Translations under genes and position numbers: made by a program
Notes under the pieces: generated by a model
Told to the model about the DNA's origin: nothing
What the model saw: only the letters and a program-made list of their open reading frames with translations
The model's database searches: none
Shown here: piece after piece, positions 60,072-60,167 of the stretch
How the letters are laid out: each line of letters opens with the position of its first letter
How positions within the stretch are numbered: the first letter of the stretch is position 1
IMG/VR virus record: IMGVR_UViG_3300045227_000003
Source of the DNA: a virus
Length of the DNA stretch: 60,167 nt
Strand: one strand, 5' to 3'

Positions 60072-60167
60072 AATTGCTCACCCATGTTACGTTTGCGCCC
60101 TTCTCCCGCATCTGCTTATGCCGGAGAGCCTGTTGCACCGTCGGTTCTTTTCCGGGTCGTTTGAATT
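60034..60167 (-). CDS. 3' end of the VRR-NUC gene, second partial copy created by the terminal duplication
   Basis: 60041..60167 duplicates 1..127. The TAA stop is the reverse complement of 60034..60036. Confidence 0.7.
   Translation of the reverse strand, partial: FKRPGKEPTVQQALRHKQMREKGANVTWVSNFADFKNYIIAFE
60041..60167. repeat. Exact terminal duplication, copy 2
   Basis: Identical to 1..127. Confidence 0.95.

Noticed and set aside
1-60167. Lysogeny module, tRNAs, CRISPR, transposases
   Set aside because: I found no integrase or recombinase-like, CI-like or excisionase-like protein, no IS-like inverted repeats, and no tRNA-like T-arm sequence in the non-coding regions. Absence cannot be proven without profile searches or tRNAscan.
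1-60167. Assigning the phage to a named genus (Chi-like/Casjensviridae came to mind)
   Set aside because: The roughly 60-kb size, the PolA/DUF2800/DUF2815/prim-pol module, the lambda-like head genes, the very long tape measure and the repeat-built fibre are compatible with that group. Without a similarity search this is only an impression, so it is not asserted.

Overview
The window is a complete tailed dsDNA phage genome of siphovirus type. The last 127 bp (60041..60167) repeat the first 127 bp exactly, so the unique sequence is 60,040 bp and the record is a closed circle or concatemer junction.

Layout:
- (1) One very long minus-strand unit starts at a promoter near 5.2 kb. It runs leftwards through replication genes: a Cas4/DUF2800-type exonuclease, a DUF2815-type SSB, a family-A DNA polymerase, VRR-NUC and an SNF2 helicase. 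It then crosses the window junction and continues, with no intergenic gap, into a lambda-syntenic morphogenesis module. That module holds TerS, gpA-like TerL, gpW, a gpB-like portal, a gpC-like S49 protease/scaffold, gpD-like decoration and gpE-like capsid proteins. It continues with FI/FII/Z/U-position proteins, an Ig-tagged major tail protein, G/GT chaperones with an A_AAA_AAG -1 slippery site, a 1432-aa tape measure, M/L/I-position tip proteins and a 1294-aa J-like protein. A receptor-binding cassette follows (DUF2793-like protein, four tandem paralogues, a 695-aa repeat-built fibre), then a lysis cassette.
- (2) A plus-strand Cro/YdaS-like regulator and a primase-polymerase/SF3 helicase.
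- (3) A 1.1-kb non-coding zone with an iteron plus AT-rich putative origin and a T-poor degenerate repeat array.
- (4) A minus-strand block of 16 small genes of unknown function, in two promoter-terminator units.
- (5) A plus-strand block of about 21 genes in four units, including an RdgC-like protein, a phage Dam-type methylase and a stand-alone Spo11/TopoVI-A-like Toprim protein.

I saw no integrase, CI-type repressor, tRNA or CRISPR.

Most notable observations:
- Eight proteins of different function end in the same acidic C-terminal peptide, [D/E][D/E]EV-COOH. They are the SSB, exonuclease, primase-helicase, RdgC-like protein, TerS, the FI-position protein and two unknowns.
- A phage-specific promoter family carries a conserved dyad in its spacer.
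- Three promoter-inside-terminator insulator modules.
- A five-copy 27-bp repeat array in the main divergent control region.

All family assignments come from motifs I recognised by eye. No database search was possible.
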